Shown here: one piece after another, positions 22,872 to 32,000 of the stretch
Layout of the letters: every line of letters starts with the position of its first letter
Position numbering within the stretch: position 1 is the first letter of the stretch
Assembly: GCA_036734445.1 (NCBI GenBank)
Contig: DAIMYP010000003.1
Location: forward strand, 63,854-95,853
Source of the DNA: Tannerellaceae bacterium
GTDB lineage: Bacteria; Bacteroidota; Bacteroidia; Bacteroidales; Tannerellaceae
Length of the DNA stretch: 32,000 bases
Direction of reading: 5' to 3'
Translations under genes and position numbers: made by a program
Notes under the pieces: model-generated
Told to the model about the DNA's origin: nothing
Database searches by the model: none
What the model saw: only the letters and a program-made list of their open reading frames with translations

Positions 22872-25109
22872 TTATTCGGCTGTAATCTCATACATGTGAC
22901 TTGTTGTCTGCATAGTGCTGAAAACATTCAGTCCCACTTTCATCAGATAATCGCCCGAATAAATTTTCGGACCTTCATTGCCGGGCATCATCGGAGGCAT
23001 CATCGGACGATCGCCTTTGGATCTTGGCATTTGATTGATTTCCTCAATCTTATAGTTCTTTGTCGGATCCAAACCTTGCAGTTTGACAGGCATCATCTTT
23101 TCTTGGAAGCGTGGATGAATATCGAAAGCGTAAAGAACGGCCTTGTTTTTATTGTCGCCTACATACATTGTGGCTGTATGGTTGCCTTCGTATGGAGAAA
23201 CAAGACGATACATATCGCCATCGAGGGTGATATTCTCCAAACGTTTGTAGTTGGCTACAGCAGTCTTGCAGTATGTCATTTCGTCGGGCGTCAGATTCTT
23301 TAGGCTCATGTCGAAGCCTAACTTGCAAAGCATGGCAACGTCTGTGCGGAACTTGATGCTTGTAGTTTTGTTCCAATCAGTTACATGTGCGCAAATCGCC
23401 TTAGCAGGGAAGAACTGCGAGAAGCCCCATTGGATAAAGAGACGTTCGATCGGATCAGTATCATCACTTGCCCAGAACTCGGTAAAATATTTCAATGCTT
23501 CATAGTCGCAACGGGCACCGCCGCCTGAACAAAGCATAATCGGAAGGTTAGGATATTTGGCTTTCACACGATTGAACACATTGTAAAGACCTCGTACATA
23601 TTTTACATACAACTCATTCTGTTTCGTTTTTAGATATGGTGAGTATATGTTGGTGATCGGGCTGTTGCAATCCCATTTGAAGAAGGCAAGGTTAGGATTT
23701 TCAGTCATTATATTGTCCAAAACTCCGAACACATGGTCTTGTACCTTCGGATTACTCAAGTCCAGAACCAACTGATTGCGGAAATAATAGGTTTCGCGAT
23801 TTGGCTGATGGATAACCCAGTCTGGATGTTTCTCAAAGAGCTCACTCTTCGGGTTTACCATCTCAGGTTCAATCCAGATGCCGAACTTCACACCAGCATC
23901 TTTAGCCGCTTTAACCAAATATGGAACGCCATTAGGCAGTTTGCTGTGAGTTACTTCCCAATCACCTAGTCCGGCATGGTCGTCTTTGCGTGGATATTTG
24001 TTGCCGAACCATCCGTCGTCAAGCAGAAACATATCAACACCTAATTCTTTTGTTTCTTTCATCAGGCCGCTCAAAATTTCTTCATTAAAATTGAAACCGG
24101 TGTTTTCCCAGTTGTTCAGCAAAGTCATACGACTGCCTTTGCCGTCTTTCAACTGATAATTGCGAGCCCAATTGTGAAAATTGCGGCTTGCCTGGCCTGT
24201 ACCACTTTGGCTGAGAGTGAAAATAAATTCAGGTGTGTTGAAAAGTTCGCCCGGTTGCAGATCGTAAATAGAGGCATACGGATTGATGCCTGAACTGATA
24301 CGAAGAACGCCTGCGTCGTCTACTTCGAAAGTGAAGCGGAAATTGCCTGTCCAACCGATTGTACCAAGCAGAACTTCACCTTGCTGTTCATTTGCCGGAG
24401 CATTGACACCCAATTCGAAAAATGGTTGAAGCATCATTGCTGCACGCGAACCCAATTTGGTGTCGAGCACTTTTTTGCCGAACTCAAGCTTTTGTGTGTG
24501 CATTCCTACTTCCTTTGCCCAATTGCCATCGAACTGAGTCAAATAATAGGATGCATTGTCAAGATAGAGCATTGATGAAGCATATCGGCTCATCAGAATA
24601 GCACCTTTCTCGGAATGCGAAATCTCAGTCCATGTCTTGAATATGTTTTCTTTGGCATAAGTAATGTAATGAATCTTTACTGTAACTGGGTAGACATCAT
24701 CTTTAAGTGTGATAATCGTTTCTGTCACATTGTTGTCCTGATTCTTGACATCAGATGAAACATACTTCAGATAAGTGGTCATGTTTCCATCGACATGCGT
24801 GATTGCCAGTGCCGATTCATAATAATCTTCAGCTCCGGAAGTTTGATACACTTCGCCGCTGTTTACACCCATTGGAGGCATTCCTGGTCCACCGCGACGT
24901 ACATCTTTAAATTGGTTCAAATCAGACTCATTTATCAGTTTGACTCCAAAATACTTTTGATAGAGTCGCCCGTTCTGGCCGACATTCAATATCAAGTCAG
25001 TTTCATTAGTAGAAATGCGGATTAGTTGAGAACCATCCGCTGCAAGTGCCTTTACATTCATAAAGAACAAACTTAAAATAAATAATGCAATGATTTTTTT
25101 CATGGCCAT
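22872..25109 (-). CDS. alpha-galactosidase (GH36), periplasmic
   Basis: 745 aa with signal peptide MAMKKIIALFILSLFFMNVKALA. GH36 motifs are present: FLLDDGWF, FFKWDCN (nucleophile Asp) and LCSGGGARCDY. Confidence 0.92.
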   Translation of the reverse strand: MAMKKIIALFILSLFFMNVKALAADGSQLIRISTNETDLILNVGQNGRLYQKYFGVKLINESDLNQFKDVRRGGPGMPPMGVNSGEVYQTSGAEDYYESALAITHVDGNMTTYLKYVSSDVKNQDNNVTETIITLKDDVYPVTVKIHYITYAKENIFKTWTEISHSEKGAILMSRYASSMLYLDNASYYLTQFDGNWAKEVGMHTQKLEFGKKVLDTKLGSRAAMMLQPFFELGVNAPANEQQGEVLLGTIGWTGNFRFTFEVDDAGVLRISSGINPYASIYDLQPGELFNTPEFIFTLSQSGTGQASRNFHNWARNYQLKDGKGSRMTLLNNWENTGFNFNEEILSGLMKETKELGVDMFLLDDGWFGNKYPRKDDHAGLGDWEVTHSKLPNGVPYLVKAAKDAGVKFGIWIEPEMVNPKSELFEKHPDWVIHQPNRETYYFRNQLVLDLSNPKVQDHVFGVLDNIMTENPNLAFFKWDCNSPITNIYSPYLKTKQNELYVKYVRGLYNVFNRVKAKYPNLPIMLCSGGGARCDYEALKYFTEFWASDDTDPIERLFIQWGFSQFFPAKAICAHVTDWNKTTSIKFRTDVAMLCKLGFDMSLKNLTPDEMTYCKTAVANYKRLENITLDGDMYRLVSPYEGNHTATMYVGDNKNKAVLYAFDIHPRFQEKMMPVKLQGLDPTKNYKIEEINQMPRSKGDRPMMPPMMPGNEGPKIYSGDYLMKVGLNVFSTMQTTSHMYEITAE
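22984..23007 (-). repeat. perfect 2 x 12-bp in-frame tandem duplication inside the GH36 gene
   Basis: The plus strand reads GGCATCATCGGA GGCATCATCGGA, encoding PMMP-PMMP within RPMMPPMMPG. Confidence 0.9.
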
Positions 25110-25140
25110 TGTGATTAATTAGTAATTCTTTAATTGGATG

Positions 25141-25148
25141 CAAATATA
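25141..25148 (-). promoter_or_regulatory. Bacteroidota -7 promoter box (TATATTTG on the minus strand) for the GH36 gene
   Basis: Exact TAnnTTTG match about 32 nt upstream of the GH36 start. Confidence 0.5.
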
Positions 25149-25221
25149 ATTAAGTTTCTTTGAATTTCTTATAAAAATAGGTTTTTGCTTGTGTAAAAAC
25201 TTCCGTTTTATAAAAAATGCC

Positions 25222-25229
25222 TATATTTG
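25222..25229 (+). promoter_or_regulatory. Bacteroidota -7 promoter box (TATATTTG) for the cysQ-to-sulfotransferase operon
   Basis: Exact TAnnTTTG match 32 nt upstream of the cysQ ATG. No further match occurs in the short gaps between the six downstream genes. Confidence 0.5.
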
Positions 25230-25260
25230 TGTACTGACAAACTAAGAAAAAAACTGAATA

Positions 25261-26082
25261 ATGGACGAATATTTAAATTATCTATATGTGGCTATTCGTG
25301 CTGCAATCGATGCCGGAAGGGCAATTATGGAAATTTATGATAGTACGAAGGAAAATATTGTCGTTGAATGGAAAGCTGATAATTCGCCTTTGACTCAAGC
25401 CGATAAGCAGGCTCATAAAATCATATCCGTTATTCTTTCAGCAACACCGTTTCCGGTTCTGAGCGAAGAAGGGAAGATGATTCCTTTTGCAGAGCGTAAA
25501 AAGTGGAAAACACTGTGGATAGTTGATCCACTTGATGGGACGAAAGAATTTATCAAACGTAATGGTGAGTTTACCGTAAATATAGCATTAGTGAAAGAAG
25601 GAGTTCCAGTGATGGGCGTGATTTATATTCCTGTTCGTGAGGAACTTTATTTCGCTACAGAAACTTTGGGAGCTTACAAGCTGAATAAAATTAATGGTAT
25701 CAGTCAGCCGTCGGTGAACGACATGATTGCAAAAGCTTTGAAATTGCCAAATGCAACAGGACATCAAGGAATTGTTGTCGTAGCTTCTCGTTCACATCTG
25801 AACGAAGAGACGATGAGTTATATTGACAACCTGCGCCGTCAAGGACAACCTGTAACATTGATTAGTAGCGGAAGCAGTCTGAAAATTTGCCTAGTAGCCG
25901 AAGGATCTGCTGATATTTATCCGCGTTTTGCGCCAACGATGGAATGGGACACAGCTGCTGGACATGCAATAGCTCGCGCTGCCGGTTGTCAAATTTATCA
26001 TACTGATGAGATGACGCCATTGAATTACAATAAAGAAGATTTACATAATCCTTGGTTCATCGTCAAAGCGCAGCAGGCATGA
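25261..26082 (+). CDS. cysQ: 3'(2'),5'-bisphosphate nucleotidase (PAP phosphatase)
   Basis: 273 aa, inositol-monophosphatase superfamily: VLSEEG, WIVDPLDGTKEF, MEWDTAAGHAI. Length and context (next to cysC/D/N) fit CysQ. Confidence 0.88.
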   Translation: MDEYLNYLYVAIRAAIDAGRAIMEIYDSTKENIVVEWKADNSPLTQADKQAHKIISVILSATPFPVLSEEGKMIPFAERKKWKTLWIVDPLDGTKEFIKRNGEFTVNIALVKEGVPVMGVIYIPVREELYFATETLGAYKLNKINGISQPSVNDMIAKALKLPNATGHQGIVVVASRSHLNEETMSYIDNLRRQGQPVTLISSGSSLKICLVAEGSADIYPRFAPTMEWDTAAGHAIARAAGCQIYHTDEMTPLNYNKEDLHNPWFIVKAQQA

Positions 26083-27629
26083 GTTTTGAAATCATATTTG
26101 TTTTGTTGGCGTTGATCGGAATGGTCGCCGCATTGATATGGGATAGAATGAGGCCTGGAATGGTGCTTCTAACTGTCGTTGTTGTATTTATGTGTGCAGG
26201 TATTCTGACACCAAAAGAGATGCTTGAAGGATTTAGTAACAAAGGAATGATCACTGTCGGACTGCTGTTTTTGGTGAGTGAAGGAATCCGACAGAGTGGA
26301 GCTTTAGGGCAGTTGGTTAAAAAACTTCTTCCTGTACAAAAAACGACAATTTTCAAGTCGCAACTCCGTATTCTTCCTTCTATTGCTTTCATCTCTGCCT
26401 TTCTTAATAATACACCTGTTGTTGTCATCTTCGCCCCGATTGTTAAGCGTTGGGCAGAATCGATAAAACTTCCAGCTACAAAATTTCTTATTCCACTTTC
26501 TTACGTTACTATCCTGGGCGGTTTGTGCACATTGATTGGAACGTCTACGAATCTTGTTGTTGATGGTATGATTCAAGATGCCGGATATGAAGGGTTTTCC
26601 ATGTTCGAACTGGGAAAGATTGGTATTTTTGTAGTCCTTTTTGGTATAACATATTTGTTTATTTTTTCCAATAAACTTCTTCCTGATTCGCGCAAAGATG
26701 CTTACGAAGAGGAAGACGAAAGCAATACAGGCAATCTTCGAAGAGTTGAAGCTGTGTTGGGTCCGCGTTTTCCAGGCATCAACAAGTCGTTGGGTGATTT
26801 TAATTTCACACGTCATTATGGTGCAATTGTTAAGGAAGTTAGAAGCGGCGGACAGTGTTATTCGCACGATTTGGAAAGGGTTGTTCTTCATGAAGGCGAT
26901 ACGCTGATTCTCTGGGCCGATGATTCGTTTGCTGCCACATGGGGAGAGTCGAGCGTGTTTCTATTGCTCGCCAATAGTAAAGACAAAGAGGAACCGTTCT
27001 CGAAGAAAAAACGGTGGCTGGCACTCGGATTGCTCATCTTTATGATAACGGGAGCAACGGTTGGCGAATTGCCGTTTATGAAAGAGATGTTGCCCGGTAT
27101 GCATTTGGATATGTTTTTCTTTGTTTGTGTCACAACGATTATCATGGCATGGACGAAAATTTTCCCTCCAAAAAAATATACCAAATATATATCATGGGAT
27201 ATTTTGATAACGATTGCATGCGCGTTTGCTATTAGTAAAGCAATGGAAAATTCAGGCGTTGCTGCTTGGTTGGCTCAAAATATTATCGGATTGTCGCATA
27301 ATATGGGGCCGTATGCATTGTTGGCTATTGTTTATATTATTACTAACGTTTTTACGGAACTTATCACGAATAATGCCGCGGCGGCTTTGAGTTTCCCTAT
27401 CGGACTTTCTGTCGCAACTCAATTAGGCGTGAATCCGACGCCTTTCTTTGTGGCTATTTGTGTAGCGGCATCAGCAAGTTTCAGTTCGCCGATAGGTTAT
27501 CAGACGAATTTGATTGTACAAGGTATTGGCGGTTATAAGTTTACTGATTTTGTGAAAATCGGTTTGCCTTTGAATGTGATTACATTTTTGGTTTCAGTGA
27601 TTCTGATTCCAATGATTTGGAGTTTTTAA
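26079..27629 (+). CDS. SLC13/DASS-family anion permease with a central TrkA-C (RCK_C) domain, probable sulfate importer
   Basis: About 516 aa with many TM helices flanking a soluble segment (VEAVLGPRFPGINKSLGDF...HEGDTLILWADDS). The start ATG at 26079 overlaps the cysQ stop (ATGA). The track start at 26052 is an upstream extension. Confidence 0.8.
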   Translation: MSFEIIFVLLALIGMVAALIWDRMRPGMVLLTVVVVFMCAGILTPKEMLEGFSNKGMITVGLLFLVSEGIRQSGALGQLVKKLLPVQKTTIFKSQLRILPSIAFISAFLNNTPVVVIFAPIVKRWAESIKLPATKFLIPLSYVTILGGLCTLIGTSTNLVVDGMIQDAGYEGFSMFELGKIGIFVVLFGITYLFIFSNKLLPDSRKDAYEEEDESNTGNLRRVEAVLGPRFPGINKSLGDFNFTRHYGAIVKEVRSGGQCYSHDLERVVLHEGDTLILWADDSFAATWGESSVFLLLANSKDKEEPFSKKKRWLALGLLIFMITGATVGELPFMKEMLPGMHLDMFFFVCVTTIIMAWTKIFPPKKYTKYISWDILITIACAFAISKAMENSGVAAWLAQNIIGLSHNMGPYALLAIVYIITNVFTELITNNAAAALSFPIGLSVATQLGVNPTPFFVAICVAASASFSSPIGYQTNLIVQGIGGYKFTDFVKIGLPLNVITFLVSVILIPMIWSF

Positions 27630-27638
27630 GTTTTAAGG

Positions 27639-28250
27639 ATGAAAGAAGAACAACAACATATTTATCCAGTCTTCGACAAGATGTTGAAGCGTGAAGACAA
27701 AGAACAATTGTTGAAGCAACGCAGTGTGATGATTTGGTTCACAGGGCTAAGTGGTTCTGGAAAGAGTACACTGGCAATTGCTTTGGAGCGTGAATTGCAC
27801 CGGCATGGTTTGCTTTGTCGCATCCTGGATGGTGATAATATTCGTTCTGGAATTAATAATAATCTGGGTTTTACAGAAGCTGATCGTACAGAAAACATAC
27901 GTCGGATTGCGGAGATCGGAAAACTTTTTGTTGATACGGGAATTATCACGATTGCTGCATTTATCAGTCCGATGAATAGTTTGCGCGAGATGGCTGCTTC
28001 TATCATTGGCAAAAACAATTTCCTTGAAATATATGTTAATACATCGTTAGCAGAATGCGAACGACGCGATGTGAAAGGTTTATATGCCAAAGCACGTCGC
28101 GGTGAGATAAAAGAATTCACGGGCATTTCGGCACCTTTTGAAGCACCATTGGATCCTGATTTAGTATTGGATACTTCAATATTAAGCGTGCAGCAGTCTG
28201 TGAATGAATTATTAAAATTGATTTTACCCAGGGTAATGGTAGATAAATGA
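27639..28250 (+). CDS. cysC: adenylyl-sulfate (APS) kinase
   Basis: 203 aa with P-loop [13 protein letters not shown], then LDGDNIR and [12 protein letters not shown] motifs. Confidence 0.95.
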   Translation: MKEEQQHIYPVFDKMLKREDKEQLLKQRSVMIWFTGLSGSGKSTLAIALERELHRHGLLCRILDGDNIRSGINNNLGFTEADRTENIRRIAEIGKLFVDTGIITIAAFISPMNSLREMAASIIGKNNFLEIYVNTSLAECERRDVKGLYAKARRGEIKEFTGISAPFEAPLDPDLVLDTSILSVQQSVNELLKLILPRVMVDK

Positions 28251-28251
28251 T

Positions 28252-29160
28252 ATGTCAGAATATAAATTAAGTCATTTGCAAGAGTTGGAGGCTGAGTCCA
28301 TTTATATTATTCGTGAAGTGGCTGCCGAATTTCAGAATCCTGTGATGCTCTATTCAATAGGTAAGGATTCGTCGGTGATGGTGCGTCTTGCCGAGAAGGC
28401 TTTTGCACCGGGGAAAGTGCCATTTCCTTTGATGCATATCGATTCAAAATGGAAGTTTAAGGAGATGATTCAGTTCCGCGATGAGTATGCGAAGAAATAT
28501 GGTTGGAATCTGATCGTTGAATCGAACATGGAGGCTTTTCGTGCTGGCGTTGGTCCGTTTACACACGGAAGCAAAGTTCATACTGATTTAATGAAGACGC
28601 AGGCTTTGTTACATGGTCTGGATAAATATAAGTTCGACGCTGCCTTTGGTGGTGCGCGTCGCGATGAGGAAAAAAGTCGTGCTAAAGAACGAATCTTTTC
28701 ATTCCGCGACAAGTTCCATCAATGGGATCCGAAAAATCAGCGCCCAGAATTGTGGGACATCTATAATGCTCGTGTCCATAAGGGTGAAAGCATTCGTGTT
28801 TTTCCTCTTTCGAACTGGACAGAATTGGATATTTGGCAATATATTCGTTTGGAGCAGATTCCAATAGTTCCGCTTTATTTTGCTAAGGAACGTCCATGCG
28901 TGGAAATTGATGGAAATTTGATTATGGCTGATGATGATCGTCTACCCGAAAAGTATCGTGACAAAATTAAAATGAGAAAGGTTCGTTTTCGTACTTTAGG
29001 CTGCTGGCCACTGACGGGAGCTGTTGAAAGCGATGCAGATACAATCGAAAAGATTGTGGAAGAGATGATGACGACAACCAAAAGCGAACGCACGACGCGA
29101 GTCATTGATTTTGATCAGGATTCGAGTATGGAACAAAAGAAACGAGAAGGATATTTCTAA
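28252..29160 (+). CDS. cysD: sulfate adenylyltransferase subunit 2
   Basis: 302 aa, PAPS-reductase-like fold: [46 protein letters not shown]. It starts 1 nt after the cysC stop. Confidence 0.95.
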   Translation: MSEYKLSHLQELEAESIYIIREVAAEFQNPVMLYSIGKDSSVMVRLAEKAFAPGKVPFPLMHIDSKWKFKEMIQFRDEYAKKYGWNLIVESNMEAFRAGVGPFTHGSKVHTDLMKTQALLHGLDKYKFDAAFGGARRDEEKSRAKERIFSFRDKFHQWDPKNQRPELWDIYNARVHKGESIRVFPLSNWTELDIWQYIRLEQIPIVPLYFAKERPCVEIDGNLIMADDDRLPEKYRDKIKMRKVRFRTLGCWPLTGAVESDADTIEKIVEEMMTTTKSERTTRVIDFDQDSSMEQKKREGYF

Positions 29161-29207
29161 TTGTCAGAATAATAGACGCAAGACAATAAACAGAATATGA
29201 AATTTAG

Positions 29208-30692
29208 ATGAAAGGAGAACAACAAAATATAAATTCAAAAAGCCAGTTAAATATCAAGGAATTTCTTGATCGCGACGAACAGAAAGATTTGCTTCGTTTT
29301 CTAACTGCCGGTTCGGTGGATGATGGCAAATCAACTCTGATTGGGCGTTTGCTATTCGACAGCAAGAAGATTTATGAAGATCAACTCGATGCGCTCGAAC
29401 GCGACAGTAAGCGTATGGGCAATGCGGGTAATCATATCGATTATGCATTGTTGTTGGATGGACTAAGGGCTGAACGCGAAGAAGGAATTACCATTGATGT
29501 GGCTTATCGTTATTTCAGTACGAATAATCGAAAATTTATCATTGCCGATACGCCTGGTCATGAGCAATATACGCGTAATATGATAACTGGTGGTTCAACG
29601 GCAAATCTGGCCATTATTCTTGTCGATGCCAGATTGGGTGTGATTACACAGACGCGCCGTCATACTTTTCTAGTTTCGCTTCTTGGTATTCGTCATTTGG
29701 TATTGGCGGTGAACAAAATGGACCTTGTGAATTTTGATCAGCAGACTTTTGACAAGATTGTTGCCGATTATAAGACTTTTGTTGCTCCATTGGATATTCC
29801 AGATGTGACATGTATACCGCTTTCGGCTTTGGATGGCGACAATGTTGTTACAAAAAGCGAACGAACACCGTGGTATACAGGAAAATCATTGCTCGGTTTT
29901 TTGGAAACAGTTCCTATTGATCTTGATCGCAATTATAGCGATTTACGTTATCCTGTGCAATATGTTCTGCGTCCGAATCAGAATTTTCGTGGTTTTAGTG
30001 GTAAGGTGGCGAGCGGTATTGTGCGTAAAGGTGATATAGTGAAAGCTCTCCCTTCAGGTAAAATCTCGAAAGTGAAAAGCATCGTAACATATGATGGCGA
30101 ATTGCAGCAGGCTTTTCCTCCACAATGTGTTACACTGACCTTGGAAGATGAAATAGATGTTTCTCGAGGCGAAATGTTGGTTCATCCGGATAATCTTCCA
30201 ATGATCGGACGACATTTCAAAGCAATGCTTGTCTGGATGGATGAGGAACCGATGGATATGAACAAGCCGTTTTATATTAAACAGACGACGAATGAAACTC
30301 GTGCTCATGTAGATGAAATCCATTATAAAGTTAATGTGAATACGATGGAACATCTGTCGCTTGAGAACGGATTGCTGACAGAGGCGTCGCTTCCCATGCA
30401 GTTGAACGAGATTGCTTGTGTCACATTTACTACAGGAAAGACGTTGTTTTTCGATTCCTATAAACAGAACAGGCAGACAGGTTCGTTTATTTTGATTGAT
30501 CCGATTACAAACAACACTTCGGCAGTTGGAATGATGATTGCACTTGACGATTCTCAATCAGTTACCGATTATGTTAATGGGTTGACAATCGATTTGCAGG
30601 AGTTGAAAATAGGCGAGGAGCATTACGAGGCTATCCGTAAAGTTTGTGACGAATTGCAAAAACAAGGTTGTAAAGTGAATTTGATAGAATAA
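29208..30692 (+). CDS. cysN: sulfate adenylyltransferase subunit 1 (GTPase)
   Basis: 494 aa with GTPase motifs [23 protein letters not shown] and NKMD, followed by EF-Tu-like beta-barrel domains. Confidence 0.95.
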   Translation: MKGEQQNINSKSQLNIKEFLDRDEQKDLLRFLTAGSVDDGKSTLIGRLLFDSKKIYEDQLDALERDSKRMGNAGNHIDYALLLDGLRAEREEGITIDVAYRYFSTNNRKFIIADTPGHEQYTRNMITGGSTANLAIILVDARLGVITQTRRHTFLVSLLGIRHLVLAVNKMDLVNFDQQTFDKIVADYKTFVAPLDIPDVTCIPLSALDGDNVVTKSERTPWYTGKSLLGFLETVPIDLDRNYSDLRYPVQYVLRPNQNFRGFSGKVASGIVRKGDIVKALPSGKISKVKSIVTYDGELQQAFPPQCVTLTLEDEIDVSRGEMLVHPDNLPMIGRHFKAMLVWMDEEPMDMNKPFYIKQTTNETRAHVDEIHYKVNVNTMEHLSLENGLLTEASLPMQLNEIACVTFTTGKTLFFDSYKQNRQTGSFILIDPITNNTSAVGMMIALDDSQSVTDYVNGLTIDLQELKIGEEHYEAIRKVCDELQKQGCKVNLIE

Positions 30693-30711
30693 AAATAGAG
30701 GTAAAGACAGG

Positions 30712-30735
30712 GCTTTCGACAATAAAGTCGGAAGC
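30712..30735 (+). other. 9-bp stem-loop in the cysN-sulfotransferase spacer (possible RNA processing or stability element)
   Basis: GCTTTCGAC-aataaa-GTCGGAAGC (one G-U pair). No T-run follows and there is no promoter box in the 72-nt spacer, so read-through is expected. Confidence 0.3.
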
Positions 30736-30764
30736 AAACTGTGGATTATCAATAGTGTATTAAT

Positions 30765-31877
30765 ATGGGTTTATTGGAGTTTAGTAAATTACCGATCAAC
30801 ACATTAGTTGGTGCCGATTGGAGGACATTCAAGGAAGTGACGGCCAATATGTCTATCGATAAAGAGTATCGTAGTAAGTTCTATTTGACAAAGGCCGTTT
30901 GCCGATTGTTGAGTTTACTTGTTCCTATCGAAAACGCTTGTTACCAGAAGTTAATGAATAATCCGATAGAAATGGATCCGTTATTTATCCTTGGTCACTG
31001 GCGTAGTGGAACTACATTCGTTCATAATGTTTTTGCTCAAGATCAGCATTTTGGCTACAACACAACTTATCAGACTGTTTTCCCAAATCTGATGCTTTGG
31101 GGACAATCTTTTTTTAAGAAGAACATGACTTTCCTGATGCCGGACAGAAGACCTACGGATAATATGGAACTCAAAGTGGATCTTCCTCAGGAAGAGGAAT
31201 TTGCTTTGGCAAACATGATGCCGTATACGTATTATAATTTCTGGTTTTTTCCTAGACATATGCTGGAATATTGTGATCGCTACATGTTGCTCGATAATAT
31301 TAATGAACATGAGCTGCAAGTTTTTAAAGAAACTTTTCTCAAGCTGATTAAAGTGTCACTTTGGAATACACATGGAGTCCAATTTTTGAGTAAAAATCCG
31401 CCTCATACGGGGCGTGTCAGACTTTTACTGGAGATGTTTCCGAACGCGAAGTTTATTTATATGAAACGCAATCCATATACAGTTTTCGAAAGTACACGCA
31501 GTTTTTTCAAAAATACAATTGTTCCTCTTCGTCTTCAGAATATATCGGAAGAACAATTTGAAAGCAATTTGTTAGAGGTCTATCGTCGTCTGTTTTATAA
31601 ATTCGAAGAACAAAAAGTGCGTATTCCTAAAGGAAATCTTGTTGAAGTGAAGTTTGAGGAATTTGAACGTGAACCTATGGAAATGACAGAAGCAATATAT
31701 CAACAATTAGATTTGCCAGGATTTGCTGAATCTAAAGATCGGATTTTTAAATACATCCATTTAAAAGATGGCTATTCGAAAAATCATTATAAATATGATG
31801 ACAACACACTGAAGACAGTGGAAGAAAATTGGGGAATGGCGCTTAAAGCTTGGAATTATTCGTTGGAACAATCATAG
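30765..31877 (+). CDS. PAPS-dependent sulfotransferase
   Basis: 370 aa with a 5'-phosphosulfate-binding loop GHWRSGTTFVHN and a 3'-phosphate-binding region LSKNPPHTGRVRLLLEMFPNAKFIYMKRNPYTVFES. It is the last gene of the PAPS-synthesis operon. Confidence 0.85.
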   Translation: MGLLEFSKLPINTLVGADWRTFKEVTANMSIDKEYRSKFYLTKAVCRLLSLLVPIENACYQKLMNNPIEMDPLFILGHWRSGTTFVHNVFAQDQHFGYNTTYQTVFPNLMLWGQSFFKKNMTFLMPDRRPTDNMELKVDLPQEEEFALANMMPYTYYNFWFFPRHMLEYCDRYMLLDNINEHELQVFKETFLKLIKVSLWNTHGVQFLSKNPPHTGRVRLLLEMFPNAKFIYMKRNPYTVFESTRSFFKNTIVPLRLQNISEEQFESNLLEVYRRLFYKFEEQKVRIPKGNLVEVKFEEFEREPMEMTEAIYQQLDLPGFAESKDRIFKYIHLKDGYSKNHYKYDDNTLKTVEENWGMALKAWNYSLEQS

Positions 31878-31891
31878 AATTTGATGAAATT

Positions 31892-32000
31892 ATGAAGAGT
31901 CGTTCTGTTTGTTTTTTTATTTTATTTCTATTAGATTGCTTGCTGTTTGAAGGATATGCTCAGCGTGTTACCTCATTGTTGTATGGCGATATGGACAATT
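31892..32000 (+). CDS. hypothetical exported protein, N-terminal fragment (continues past the window end)
   Basis: The ATG lies 14 nt after the sulfotransferase stop. Translation MKSRSVCFFILFLLDCLLFEGYAQRVTSLLYGDMDN looks like a signal peptide. Too little sequence is present to assign a function. Confidence 0.45.
   Translation, partial: MKSRSVCFFILFLLDCLLFEGYAQRVTSLLYGDMDN

Noticed and set aside
25110-25260. Possible riboswitch or leader RNA (for example SAM or sulfur-responsive) upstream of the cys operon. The glyA leader at 1745-1806 was checked the same way for a ZTP/THF-type element.
   Set aside because: Both regions are short and AT-rich and lack the GC-rich conserved cores and nested helices of those riboswitch classes. 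They hold only promoter boxes and short leaders.

Overview
The window is a chromosomal segment with clear Bacteroidota (Bacteroidales-like) hallmarks. These are a SusC/SusD pair, an ECF sigma/anti-sigma pair, TAnnTTTG-type -7 promoter boxes correctly placed upstream of most transcription units, and AT-rich intergenic DNA. Gene order, left to right: GH20 hexosaminidase (partial), glyA, a Gfo/Idh/MocA oxidoreductase, an uncharacterised secreted 508-aa protein, a YczE-like membrane protein divergent from a LysR regulator, a tetR-fabG-rluA-like operon, and topB. Two accessory modules follow. The first (10.6-25.1 kb) is an ECF-sigma-controlled polysaccharide utilisation locus: sigma, FecR-type anti-sigma, SusC with an STN signalling domain, SusD, a GH63/YgjK-like hydrolase, a LacZ-type GH2, and a convergent GH36 alpha-galactosidase. 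The second (25.2-31.9 kb) is a tightly packed cysQ / SLC13 transporter / cysC / cysD / cysN / sulfotransferase operon. It is a self-contained PAPS-making and PAPS-using module, with the same architecture as I recall for the Bacteroides thetaiotaomicron BT0411-BT0416 steroid/cholesterol sulfonation cluster. I found no rRNA, tRNA, CRISPR array, transposase, integrase or recognisable defence system. I see no convincing evidence for a wholly new system. The best leads are the sulfonation operon (acceptor unknown here), the unusual enzyme set of the PUL, the 508-aa secreted protein with its odd translation-initiation region and 102-bp convergent overlap, and a TetR regulator with a candidate operator directly upstream of fabG.
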